Positions 49,678 to 62,650 of a DNA stretch of 64,000 bases are shown one piece after another; positions within the stretch are counted from its first letter, which is position 1; each line of letters opens with the position of its first letter. The DNA comes from the human T2T-CHM13v2.0 reference genome, Homo sapiens. The translations under genes and the position numbers were made by a program. The stretch lies in assembly GCF_009914755.1 (NCBI RefSeq), contig NC_060935.1; one strand, 5' to 3'. The notes beneath the pieces were generated by a model. That model was not told the DNA's origin. It did not search any database and saw nothing but the letters and a program-made list of their open reading frames with translations.

Positions 49678-49935
49678 ACAATGGTTAAGAACTCAGACTT
49701 GGAACAGAAAAAAAAAACAGATTTTAAATTTAATTCTGACTGTCATATATTAGCTAGTTGTGTGACTTTGCCAGGTTACAGATCCTCTCAGTACTTAATT
49801 TCCTTGTCTATAAAATGGGGGTAAAAACAGTACCTCAGATATAGTTATGCTTTGAAGATTAAATAAAATATTGTGCTTAAGCTGCTTAGCAGAGGGCCTG
49901 ACATTGTAGCAAATGTCTTAAAATGTTAGTTCAGG
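49678..49935 (+). mobile_element. MIR, near full length
   Basis: atggttaagaactcagact..tgtgtgacttt..tttccttgtctataaaatgggg..gaagattaaat..gcttagcagagggcctgacat. Confidence 0.8.
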
Positions 49936-50450
49936 TTTTATTTTTGAATGCTACTGTAGACAAAGTGTTAACAAAATACCATCTCTGATGCATGATAAAA
50001 TGACCTTGAGTTAATTATCCAGCTCTCTTCCTTTGAAAAACCTGATAATGCTAAGAATGTCAACATGTTTCTAGGCAACAGCTAAGAGTAAAATATAACC
50101 CTGAGCAGTAAACTACGTCTGGACTGGGAAGAATTATAAACTATAAACACATGATGGGTGTCATGTTTTGGGGTTCTCTAAGTGTTGTGTCACAGGTATC
50201 CCTTGTGGTGACTTCAGAAGCTATTCCTATGGAGTGTTAAAAGAGATATTTGACTTTCTGGGATACAGAACTACTAAGCCACGGCAGCCCTACACCCACC
50301 AATGTGGAGCTTGCTTCTTTGGACCAGAAGTTATCCTCTGGGAAAAAGACAGCTTCTGGATGGCTAAAGTGCTGCCTTGACTGCCACGGAGAGAAAGGCT
50401 TGACACAGTCCTGCCAGCAAGCCATAGCTTTTCTTCTGTCTTCTTCTTAG

Positions 50451-50520
50451 TAAACTCCCAGTATGCACTATGATTGTCTCAAGGGTCTCTAATGCTCACA
50501 TAAGCCCGAGAAGACACCTG
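50451..50520 (+). other. Candidate 70-nt exon of an unknown transcript
   Basis: Long pyrimidine tract cttttcttctgtcttcttcttag| and consensus donor CTG|gtaagt in unique sequence. Confidence 0.35.
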
Positions 50521-50932
50521 GTAAGTATCCAGCACTGCCCTTTGAAAAGTTAATTCTATTGTGTATCCTCAATAAATTTCCCAATGATCTCAGAATCTTA
50601 GAATTAGAAGCAATCAAACATGCCACCACCTTTGATAACTTTCCTAGTGTAGAAAGTTCTGCAATATTTGCAATTGCTGGCCAGCTGTCCCCGTCTCCAA
50701 TACTTTTCAGCACAGGAAACAGATTTCCCCTTTAGGAGTCCAGTGGATTGTCAGGAACTCCTCATCGTTGTAAATTGCTTTGTCCCGGGCAGGAGTCTGC
50801 CTACCTGCAGTATTTAAGAATTAGCTGTGGGGTTTTTTTTCCTCTGTCTTGAGAGTTACACAAAATAAGTTTACATTCTTCTCCATGACCAATATTCACA
50901 CAATTAAAGATAACAGTTTTGTCCTTAATTAA

Positions 50933-51304
<372 letters not shown>

Positions 51305-51914
51305 TAAGACACCACAGTCATCTTTCAATTGTTTTCAGTATAGGTGGTACTACCTCAAATTCAGCGTAAGGATGTACTATTTTAAGTAAGATTATTTTAC
51401 ATCATAGGAGTAATACATAATTATTATTTTATACCTTGGGATAGGTAGATAATATAGAGAAGAAAACTAAAATGCTAAGACACATCACAAAAATACGTTG
51501 TTATAATATATGAATAATGATAATAAAGATCATCAGTAAAATGCCATGGCTGAATGTATGCTTTGGACTAATACCACCTGTATTCAAATCTTGGCATCAC
51601 AAATTATTAGGCATGTCCATGTGGGTAAGTTATTTAATTTAGCTAAGCCTCAGTTTTCTTATCTGTAAAACAGGAATGGCAATCCTATAGATCTCAATAG
51701 GCCATTAGAAAAAACAAAGAGATAATTCATGTAAAATGCTCCTTCTGCACTTGTCTGAAAGTTACAGTATGAAAACCAGAATTACATGTTGATAAAGATT
51801 GTAAGCTGCAATCTCTATTCTACCATTCACTAACTGTGAAATCTTGGCCAAATTGTTTAACCTCACTCCATCTTCATTTTCTCAGCTGAAAAATTGAGAT
51901 TGTAACAGATTATA

Positions 51915-52569
51915 TTTTTAAAGATGGGTGCAAAAATATTTTTAGTTTGCCATCTCTTCTCATAACTTGCCAATTCTCTCAGCAAGAGGTGGATTCTATA
52001 ACCCTCCCTTTCAACCTGGGTAGGCCTTTGTGATGGCATGCAAATTCGAAGGCTGGGTCATAAAAGTTGACAAAGCTTCCATTTCTCTCTCTCTTTTCCG
52101 TCCTTCCCTTCCCTTCCCTTTTCTTCCTTCCTTCCTTCCTTTCCTCCTTCCTTCTGCTTCCTCCCTCCCTCCCTCCTTCCTTCCTTCTTTCCTTTCCCCC
52201 CTTCTCTCTCTCTCTTTCTTTTCTCTCTAGACTCTTATTTTGAAATGCCATAAAAGTCTTGCTATCCTGAACTGCCGTAAAGGAGAGACTACGTAGAAAA
52301 TACAGATGCCTAAATACTTGCAGCTCCTTTAGCTTTCAGCTACTTAATTCTTCCCAGCCTGGACACAGACTTGGTGAGCAAGCCCTCCAATCATTCCAGC
52401 CCCAACTATCACCTGACTGTGATCATATGAGAGACGCTGAATGAGAATATACCACAAGGTCACCTGATGCCAAGAATCATGAAGGATAATGACAAAATAA
52501 ATTTTGTTGTTGTTTCAAAGTCACTAGGTTTTGGGGTGATTCTTTAAGCGGCAATAGAAAACTAATGCA
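51915..52569 (+). mobile_element. MLT1 (F/G/H-like) MaLR solo LTR inserted in a MIR
   Basis: aaagatgg..caagaggtgga..ctgggtcataaaag..terminal gttttggggtg..gcaatagaaactaatgca. Confidence 0.75.
52083..52228. repeat. Homopyrimidine (CT/CCTT)n tract inside the MLT1 LTR
   Basis: ~145 nt of almost pure C/T. Confidence 0.95.
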
Positions 52570-52646
52570 AAAATAGAGTAGTGTTTGCCCTATAAGGTTT
52601 GTAAGAGTTAAATGAAATAACACATAACAATTATTTAACATTGAGA

Positions 52647-52828
52647 AGTGCTTCTCAAACTTTAGTGTCTAATAGGGTCAACTGAGGGCTTGTAAAAAAA
52701 ACTGTGAGACCCCACTCCAAGAATTTCTGATTTAGTGAGTAAGGAATGAAGCCTGAAGACTTGCATTTCTAATATGTTCCTAGATGTTGCTGACACTGCT
52801 TGTCAGGGACCACATTTTGAAAACCGTC
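52647..52828. mobile_element. MER5A (hAT-Charlie MITE)
   Basis: agtgcttctcaaacttt..tttctgatttagt..ttgcatttctaa..gggaccacattttgaaaacc. Confidence 0.85.
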
Positions 52829-54191
52829 ATATAGAACAAATACTCAATTTGTGAACTTTATTCTTATTGCCATTTTTAGTACTTACTGTTTTCATTTCAT
52901 GAAATTTAATTAAGCACTGCCAGTTCCTTTGGATAGAGAGGAAATTTATACCAAGTTTCTCTCCATAACTCAAAGCCTAATTTATCTTCTCTATTTCAAG
53001 TGTTGATCACAACGACTTTCACATAACAAGTGCTTAACAATTGCTTCTGGGAGGATATGTGAACCGCTGACACTCCCACTTATGGGTTATGATATATTGA
53101 AGGTGGACATAGTTTAAGAACAGGAATAAGAGAAAGAGAAAGAGAGGAATAAAAAGAGAGGGAGACAAAGAGAGAGAGAATTTAATGCCCCTTGCTCTAA
53201 AACCATTTTGCTCCATGTAAGACAAGTTTTCACGTTGTTTTTTTCTAATTTTAAGGTGTGCATCTCAAAATAGGAGCATCTTGAATCCAAATTTTTTTAA
53301 AAAATTTATTTCAGTCCCTTTAAAATGGAACAGTAAAAAAAGATTGAAAGAGTTGGTAACAGAACTAGTAAAAACAAAACAAAAACAAACAAACAAACAA
53401 AAACTGTTACTAGACTGATGTCTTTATTTTATGGATATTACTTAGTTTGATAAAAAATGCATCAATTCTTCAGGAGTTAGAGCACTGTTTAGCTCAGGAT
53501 GTTGGTACATCAGCATTCATCTTAGAGAAAGGATCTTGTAGGTATAAACATAGAAAAATGTGACTGGACAGAACCAGACTTGAGGATACCCAGGAGGGCC
53601 CTGGATTTCATACAGCTCAACTTTTAAGGATACTTACAAGATTAGTCACGTCTATACAGCCTATCAAGATTTCAAAGTACATATTTAATGTTTGGCTCCC
53701 TCCTTTCCCATTCCATTTAGAGGAATATCATGAGAACAAATGGCAGAATCTATATAAAAGTTCTCCAGACCTGGAGAGCTCTACTTACATGTACTTTAAG
53801 TAACTAATACCTTGTTTTCTTATATCTAACAACTTATGTTATATTGGGAATTCAAATGTTAGTTTGCCTACTGTGTAACTTATGTTTAATGTGTTGAAGA
53901 TTATTCTATACCTGTCATTTTAAATGTTTAGGGAGATGCACGGGAAAAAAAATGTGTTCCTTGTACTTATGGAAGACACAATTTTGAGAGGAAGACAACA
54001 TTTGTGAGACAACCTTTGCCTTTATCAAATATACTTGTGATCATGTCATTTTTTTTGCTAAAAGTCTTCTGACATCAGCATATTGCTTTACGAAAAAAAT
54101 GGAAAGCTTATAGAGTGAATGGCAAAGTCTCTATTGGGTAGTTCATCTATCCGTTTCTGATCAGCCTCAGTTCCTTCAACTCTTCCATAGA

Positions 54192-54771
54192 CAGCAGATC
54201 CTTAAATATATCAGTTTGTTAAATGTCATTCTGTTATAACATTGATGGAAAAAATTCAATTCCTGGCCGGGGTCACTGTGTGTGTACAGTTGGCACGTTT
54301 TCCACATATCTTTGGGGTTTTTCCCCATGTACTCTGGTTTCCTTCCAAATCCACAAAGATATGCATGTTATTGGTGAATTGGTAGTCTAAATTGTTCCAG
54401 TCTGAGTGTGAGTGCTTGTGTGCAACCTGAGATGGAATGGCATCCTGTCCAGGGTCAGTTCCTGCCTTGTACCCTGAGCTACAGGGGTAGGCTCCAGCCA
54501 CCTGTCACACTGAACTGAAGCAGGCATATAGTTATCTTACTTGTTTTGATTAATCTTTCCTAAATGTATGTATAGCTCATATTTATTTCCATACTTAATA
54601 TTACAAGTATTTTTAGCTTTATTTAGAAGTTTGGTAACATTTTTGTGACTGTAGGAATTTAGCTATTCTTTGTATCAATTAGCCCATGTAAAATTGGATT
54701 TTTTATACACTGTTTCATTACAAAGAACAGTTTCCAAGAACCTATGAAGGACCTTAAGTGAGGACTTACTA
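54192..54771. mobile_element. MER6A-like non-autonomous Tigger-family element
   Basis: Termini cagcagatcctt.. and ..ttaagtgaggacttact; internal gcacgttttccac..ggttttt..actctggtttcct..ccacaaaga block; ~580 bp. Confidence 0.75.
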
Positions 54772-55948
54772 CACCTACAATCCTCCAGCCCCCTGGGCAC
54801 GGCAGGTACGACAGCGCATGACATCCCCTTGCACTTTAACATGACTTTGCATTTGCATTTCCCTTTTCCCCCAGTGATGCTTGCACAGTGTCTGATATAC
54901 AGTAACCTTGACATAGAAGATTTCTATAATTATGTATTTAAGTTTTGTCATTAGTGTATTTTGTTTTATTTCACCATTGCCTCTGCCAGTAGACTGTTAG
55001 ATTAATCACAGTGTCCACCTCACCTTTGAATTACCCCACAAAGCCTAGTAGAGTGTCAGGTATTGTTAATTAAACAAAAAACGGAAAGTACTCATATTCT
55101 AAACAATTAGAATAAAATGAAAACTAGAATTAAATAAAATACCAAACCCTGTGGTTCTAACAAAAGAGCCCTTGGGCAGTGATTAAACTAACAATCACTT
55201 TTAGCTCAGGATGACTTCAAGGAGGAAGTAAAATTTGATTAACTCATGTCAATTTGAGCACATGAAAGCCAGTTTATGCTCTGCTGGCAGCAAGGGCACC
55301 TCCAATTCAAACACCTACATATCTACCAACCTTATTTGTGAGAAAGAAGAAATGGGCATTGAGTTTGGGAACTCACACTTGCTAACTGTACATGATTTGT
55401 TGATATTTCACTAAGAGTTGGAACATACCTGTGAGATATAAATGTATATCCATTTTAATGGAGGAGTAATCAGAGGCTCCAAGAGTAAATAAATTACACA
55501 AAATCAAACATTAAGTGGCAGAGCTAAGATTCAAACCTGGAAGTATGCCAAAGTTCATGGCCTTTTTAATATATCACAAGGTTATTCAGTTACTAAGAGA
55601 AAGGGAAGAAGCAAAGCTTTCCCATGGTAGAATATTTTCAAGGAAACAGAGAAAACATTATTGCATATCTACTATTCATTCACTTAAGCTTTTAGTAAAT
55701 CTACATCCTAGGGATGCAATGGTAAGTATGAAAATAACATACACATATGTAGTCTGTTTTTGAGGAGCTTATGTAAAGTAAGCATAGTTAAAAATTTACA
55801 TAAATAAATGAGAACTTACCACTGTGTTATATACGATTTTTTGAAGAGCTATCTAGTGCTTTAAATTTCTGATAATGGAAAAAATTGATGTAGTCAGGTC
55901 TTTTCATCCTGATGAAAGATAAAAATGGAGATCTAAAAGAATAGCTGG

Positions 55949-56722
55949 GAAGTATCTGTTTGTGTCTTTTGCCCACTTTTTAATGAGGTTATTTGTTTTT
56001 GTTTGTTCAGTTGTTTAAGTTCCTTACAGATTCTGAATATTAGACCTTGGTCAGATGCAGTTTATGCGTATTCTCTCCCATTCTGTAGGTTGTCACCATT
56101 GTGATAGTCTCTTGCTGTGTAGAAGCTCTTTAATTTAATTAGGTGCGACTTGTCAATTTTCGTTTTCAGTGAAATGGCTTTTGAGAACTTAGTAATAAAT
56201 TATTTCCCAAGGCCAATGCCCAGAATGGTGTTTCCTAGATTTTCTTTTAGGCTTCATATAGTTTGACACCTTGCCAGTGGCCAGCAAACATGAAAAAATG
56301 CCCACATCACTAATTATCAGAGAAATGCAAATTAGAACCACAATGAGATACTATCTCACACCAGTCAGAATTACTACTATTAAAAAGTCAAAAAAAAGAA
56401 CAGTTGCAGGTGAAGGTGCGGAGAAAAGGAAACACTTATACACTGGTGGTGGGAATGTAAATAAGTTCAGCCAATGTGGAAAACATTTTGGGGATTTTTC
56501 AAAGAACTAAAAACAGAACAACCATTCGACTGAGCAATCCCGTTAGTGGGTATAAATCCAAAAGGAAATAAGTTGTTCTACCAAAAAGACAGCTGCACTT
56601 TTATGTTTATTGCAGCACTATTCACAATAGCAAAGACAAGGAATCAACCTAGGAGCTATCAACAGTGGATTGGGTAAAGAAAATGTGGTACATATACACC
56701 ATCAAGTATTATGTAGCCATAA
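55949..56722. mobile_element. 5'-inverted (twin-primed) old L1PA/PB fragment: minus part 55949-~56267, plus part ~56272-56722
   Basis: Both parts are ORF2 3' sequence with adjacent L1 coordinates at the breakpoints; plus part encodes SLIIREMQIRTTMRYYLTPVR. Confidence 0.88.
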
Positions 56723-57094
56723 ACTGGATTTAATACTATATTATCCGTCTATTAGATTTAGCTGTAAGTAAAATGCTCTTCCCCCAGTTTCTCAAACATG
56801 AGATGTTCCCTCTTGCTCCCAGTCCTTTTGCTTGTGCTATTTCCAATGTCTGGAAAGCTTCTTCCAAGTTCTCCTCTCTGCTGATACACACACTCAGGGA
56901 TTCCAGCTGTTCTTTTATTTTTAAATTGTTTTCTTTTTTATAATGTCAACTTTTATTTTAGCTTCATCTGAGGGAAGAAACTATGTACCAGGCCCTTCCA
57001 CTTAAGAGAACCCGAAATCTGGGAAAATGGGGAGGTTTTATGTCTAGGAAAGATCAACTTTGATTTCAATGAAAGCACAAAGCTAGGCTTATTT

Positions 57095-58048
57095 TCTTTT
57101 TTTGTTGTTTTTTTTTGTTTATTTTTTAATTTTATTATTATTATACTTTAAGTTTTAGGGTACATGTGCAAAACGTGCAGGTTACATATGTATACACGTG
57201 CCATGTTGGTGTGCTGCACCCATTAACTCGTCATTTAGCATTAGGTATATCTCCTAATGCTATCCCTCCCCCCTCCCCCCACCCCACAACAGGACCCGGT
57301 GTGTGATGTTCCCCTTCCTGTGTCCATGTGTTCTCATTGTTCAATTCCCACCTATGAGTGAGAACATGTGGTGTTTGGTTTTTTGTCCTTGAGATAATTT
57401 GCTGAGAATGATGGTTTCCAGTTTCATCCATGTCCTTACAAAGGACATGAACTCATCATTTTTTATGGCTGCATAGTATTCCATGGTGTATATGTGCCAC
57501 ATTTTCTTAATCCAGTCTATCATTGTTGCACATTTGGGTTGGTTCCAAGTCTTTGCTATTGTGAATAGTGCCGCAATAAACATCCTTGTGCATGTGTCTT
57601 TATAGCAGCATGATTCATAATCCTTTGGGTATATACCCAGTAATGGGATGGCTGGGTCAAATGGTATTTCTAGTTCTAGATCCCTGAGGAATCGCCACAC
57701 TGACTTCCACAATGGTTGAACTAGTTTACAGTCCCACCAACAGTGTAGAAGTGTTCCTATTTCTCCACATCCTCTCCAGCACCTGTTGTTTCCTGACTTT
57801 TTAATGATCGTCATTCTAACTGGTGTGAGATGGTATCTCATTGTGGTTTTGATTTGCATTTCTCTGATGGCCAGTGATGATGAGCATTTTTTCATGTGGT
57901 TTTTGGCTGCATAAATGTCTTCTTTTGAGAAGTGTCTGTTCATATCCTTTGCCCACTTTTTGATGGGTTGTTTTTTTCTTGTAAATTTGTTTGAGTTCAT
58001 TGTAGATTCTGGATATTAGCCCTTTGTCAGATGAGTAGGTTGCAAAAT
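57095..58048 (-). mobile_element. Young L1PA (PA2-PA5-like) 5'-truncated 3' end, ~0.95 kb
   Basis: Poly-T tail, canonical 3' UTR with poly-C tract; ORF 57341-58000 is ORF2p C-terminus with [18 protein letters not shown]; partial TSD taggctt..attttctt. Confidence 0.96.
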
Positions 58049-58981
58049 TAGGCTTGTTAATTTTCTTCTCTACTTTAACCATGAAGTTTCTCACTGCATG
58101 GTGAAGATGACAGTAAACATTGAAGCCACAGATACTCAAGCTGCTACATATGATGGATTTGCTTCAGAGTGATCAATGGAAGGATTGTGATAAACAAATG
58201 GAGATTTTTGAGATATCTGGCACATTTAAGGAGAATAAGCACAATGCTTGGATTGTGGAAGATTTGGGCTCAAACTCTAATCTTTCTTTACTAACTGGGC
58301 CAGCTTGAGCAGGCAACTTAAATCTTCAGAGCCTTAGGTTCTTTATCTGTAGGCTGTTGTAATGAGTAAATAGGAGAATAAATGTAAAGTGCTAAGCACA
58401 TATTCAATACTCTGCCCTTGCCTTCTCCTTTCCTTCATTCATTCAATTCCATTTTATTTCCTTATACTAAGTGTATTGCTTTCTGTCTTCTGACAAAATG
58501 CTTCCTGTCCCAACTTCCTCTTTTTCGGTTTGGTATTTTTCTCTTTTATTCCTGGTGATAAATCAAAGAAGACCTTACTTTTATTACCTGCAAGCTATAT
58601 CGAATCCCAAAGAGTGTTATTCCATCAAAAGCCAGGGCTAATCTCTTCTAAGTTATTTTTTTTTCCTCATAGAAATAATACTGTATACCATACTGTATAA
58701 TTGCATTGTTTTTCACAGCACAAAAAGAAAATAATGCAGGCAATTGACAGTTTTGTCCATTTCAAAACAAGAGATGCTCAGAAAACTATGTTGAATCAAT
58801 GACACTCATTGAGCTGTTTATTTATTTAAAAGTAACTCCTTTGCAATGAAGGTGGGGTAAGGAGTGCAAGTAATAGGTACATAAATTTGCATTTGTCACA
58901 AAGTAGTGGGTGTTTTTGGAGTAATATTTCATAAAGATATACCCCTTTCCCCTTCAATTTGCAACAAGTCCTGTTACATGA

Positions 58982-59321
<340 letters not shown>

Positions 59322-59899
59322 AATTTGTCCATTATTAACAGCACTACAAAGACGTGTTGTGTCAGACTTGGAAATGCTAGGTGTTTTAATTGGGGGCTAC
59401 GCTTGAAGATTAGAGATAACTTACCATTTCCCTTGGTTGAGCCTTTATATTAGTGCTGGAAGTAGCACTCTGGTTTTGGAAGCAAGTCTTATGCCTATAG
59501 TCAACACTGTCTTTGTGTAAATACAGGGTGGCAACGTAGCTCTGCCTCTGTGTGTTGTTACTGTTTTTAAGAAACATAGCTTTGAATAAAGGAAAGCACT
59601 GTTCTACTTCATTCTTCCTACAAATGCAGTCACCATTCCATTCTTATTTAAAACCATTTTATTGTCTGTAATACCCCAGTAGAGAGCAAGGTACTTGAGT
59701 CAAGAGAGTTTATCTTCTATGTCATTATACACCTAGCACATAGTAGTGTCCCATAAGTGAACTGAACTTTTAAAAATAAGAAAGATTGCTCCCATCTCAA
59801 TACATCTACCATTTGTTTGTCATGGGTCTGAGGGTTTTTCTTTTCTTGCAGACTTTCTCATAGCTTCTCTCATAGCAAGACACAGAGAAAAACAAATTA

Positions 59900-60095
59900 C
59901 TACATCCCTAGTATGTATTGGGTATTATGTTCTGTGTTTTCCATGTGTTATCTCATTTAATTTATATCATAGCTATCACATTTAAACAGGTTTTTCCTGT
60001 TTTTCAGAAGGGGAAACTATGGCTCAGAGAAATTGAGTGACCTTCTCAATGTCATATAGAAGGAAAGTGTCAAAACCTGGATTTGGAGACCTGGG
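59900..60095 (-). mobile_element. MIR
   Basis: tatctcatttaat..ggaaactatggctcagagaaattgagtgacctt. Confidence 0.75.
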
Positions 60096-60639
60096 AAAGA
60101 TGGGAAGAACTGTCTGTTGGGTGTAGCGGGAAGCAGGACCTGATGCTGGAAGGGAGAAAAGATAACCATGCTAAATGAAGAAAACTGACCACAAGAATTC
60201 CAGTCCAACAGAAAATATAAGTGAATAGGATTATTTACTTTGTGAGTACCACACCTATTTGAAAAATCTCAACAGCAATTTGAACTTTAAATTATTGGAT
60301 ATCTAAGTATAACTTGTATTATATGTACATCAAGTTGAGAATATAGTCTACTTTTTGAATAAGAATAATACATAGTAAACTAATAAGAAGAGTTTACTTA
60401 AAACGAAATACATTTATTATTGATTTCTTACATATTTTATACAACTAGAGGGGAAAATTTTAGACTAATATGGTCTTATGCCGCAATTGCTAGGTCTGCC
60501 TGGTTTTGTGAGCCAATTGGCTTAGCATAAAGGGCACAGATTCCCTCTCAGGGCCATTTTAAGTAAAGACAATCAGGCAGTGATGCAATCATAGCACCTG
60601 CCAATATTATTGTAACCTTTTTCTAACCACTTTCTACCA

Positions 60640-61078
60640 CTGGTGGGGATCCCAGGGAAGCAAACTCTGTAATGGAATTTAGCATGCAGGATATTTATTT
60701 AAGTGTGCCCTTGGGAACAGCACCTGTGGAAGGGATGGGTGGGAAGCAGAATTTGACAGAAGGAGAAGTCAAGCTGCAACGTGACCAACTACAGCCTCTG
60801 CCTACCAAATAGAGAGGTGTGGAGCTAGAATAGCCCCTATAAATTATCTCAAGGTAGGATTTGGTGACCAGGCCTTTATATTCTTGGTGGGTTAGTCACT
60901 CAAATTGGGCCATGCTGGGACAAGACTTGATTTTGAGTGAGGCAACCCTCTGCAGCCCAAGCAATCCCTGAAGAAGCTGATAGCTGAAGGCTGTTGCCTG
61001 ACAGCTCACCAGAGCTAGAGCAACATGTTTTTAATGAAAGAGGAATCTGGGTGCTTGTTCTTAACAGCATCCACCAAA
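60640..61078 (-). mobile_element. Old ERVL solo LTR (LTR41/LTR40-like)
   Basis: cccagggaagcaaactctg..agcatgcagga..tttatt..acacctgtggaaggg..ggagaagtcaagctgc. Confidence 0.55.
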
Positions 61079-61318
61079 AGGTCCAGTTGATAATAACACC
61101 TTCCTTGAGATGTCCTTATGAAAAGCAGGATATTCAGCTATGGGAAGGTCTTCTGTTCCTGTGAACTAGTGCCATGGTTACATGGTTATTCTAGTCTGCT
61201 TGCATTTTCTTATATACAACTTATAGTATTCCTTCAGGTAAAAAAAAAAGGGAGGGGGTTTCTGGTGAAATTTTGTTTGTTTTATTGTAGTTGAGCTTAT
61301 AGACAGATCTTACAAAGT

Positions 61319-61714
61319 GTAGGTATTAGTCAGACTGCTATAACAATATCACCTTCTGGGTGGCTTAAACACCAGAAACATTTTCTCACAGTTTTGGAGG
61401 CTGGAAGTCCCAAGTCAAGCTGCCAGCAGATTAGGTTTCTGGGGAGGAATCTATTCCTGGCTTGCAGTTAGCTGCCTTCTAGTGATGCCCTCGCATGACC
61501 TTGCCTTGCTGTGCACAGAGAGAGACAGAAATCTTGGGTGTCTCCTCCTGTTTTTATAAGGACATGAGCTCTACAGGATTAGGCTATTAAGGGCCCACTT
61601 TTATCACTTCATTTAATCTTAATTACCTTCCTAAAGGCTGTATCTCCAATACAGTTACATCAAGAGTTAGAACTTCAACATATGAATTGAGGGGTGCAAA
61701 TGAGTCCATAATAC
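61319..61714 (-). mobile_element. MLT1A/MLT1A0 MaLR solo LTR
   Basis: ctgctataacaa..ggtggcttaaaca..tctcacagttttggaggctggaagtcc..cttcaacatatgaatt. Confidence 0.88.
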
Positions 61715-62169
61715 AAAGTAATTAAATTGAAAATTGTGTCTAATTTCAAGTGTTGTTCAAAATGTGAATGCTTCTTTGGTTATTGATTCTACTTTGTAGA
61801 GACTTGGTAAATTTTAACTGAGAACAACATAAATTGCCTTAATCATGTGATTTTAATTGGTTGTCCTATTTATCTTTATATTTAGGCTTCCTCTGAATTT
61901 ACCCTATTATTATGTATCTGGGATTCATGGTTCTAACCCAAAACTTACTTTCTATACTTGCTTATTTAACCTTCACATTGTTCAGGACATTCTAGAAAAC
62001 GTCTAATGTTTCCTTTGGTACAGAAATTGCACATACAGCTGAGATGTGCACGATTCTGTTCTCTCATGTTAGTTGGGAAGAATAATTTATGAGAAATTGG
62101 GGGAAATTTCTGTACTTTTGATTATAATGCGTGAGCATTCCAATTATTTTATTTCAAAAAGTGTACCTT

Positions 62170-62650
62170 CAATAGGTGCCTACCTTTTGACCATTCAATT
62201 CTGTTTCTGCATTTTTACCCCAAGGAAATAACCAGAAATATATGTGTACATAGACGCATATGTACACACAAATACACAGAAATAAACACACACATACAAA
62301 TATATTTGTTAGGGCATTATTAAATTTAAAAATTCGAAGCAATCTAATGGTATAATAAGACTCTAGTAAAGTAAGTTATGATACAACTCCTCAATAAAAT
62401 AACATGTAGCCACAAAAATTGCCTAGAAAATAATATTCAATGATGATGACTACTCATATTTTAAGTAAAAATACAATTTGGTTTCAAAATAGTTTATAAA
62501 AATTTGGTTGTGTGTTTCTGAATATATCTGTACATAGAAAAATATAGAATGGCACACAGCAAGCTATTAATAGATGCTATCCTTGATTGGTGGGGATATT
62601 AATAATGTTTATTTTATTCTTGTTTTTTCACCTATTTCTATTTTTTCAAA
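62170..62650 (+). mobile_element. Ancient L1ME-like 3' fragment
   Basis: ccttttgacc..caattc..tacccaaggaaata.., gcagcc-like and tgggatt..ttttattct 3' motifs. Confidence 0.55.

Noticed and set aside
51979-52251. Charged Arg/Glu/Lys-rich 90-aa ORF
   Set aside because: Translation of the purine strand of a simple repeat
57341-58000. 219-aa ORF with Cys/His motif
   Set aside because: C-terminus of L1 ORF2p in a young 5'-truncated copy; openness reflects youth, with no promoter, EN or RT
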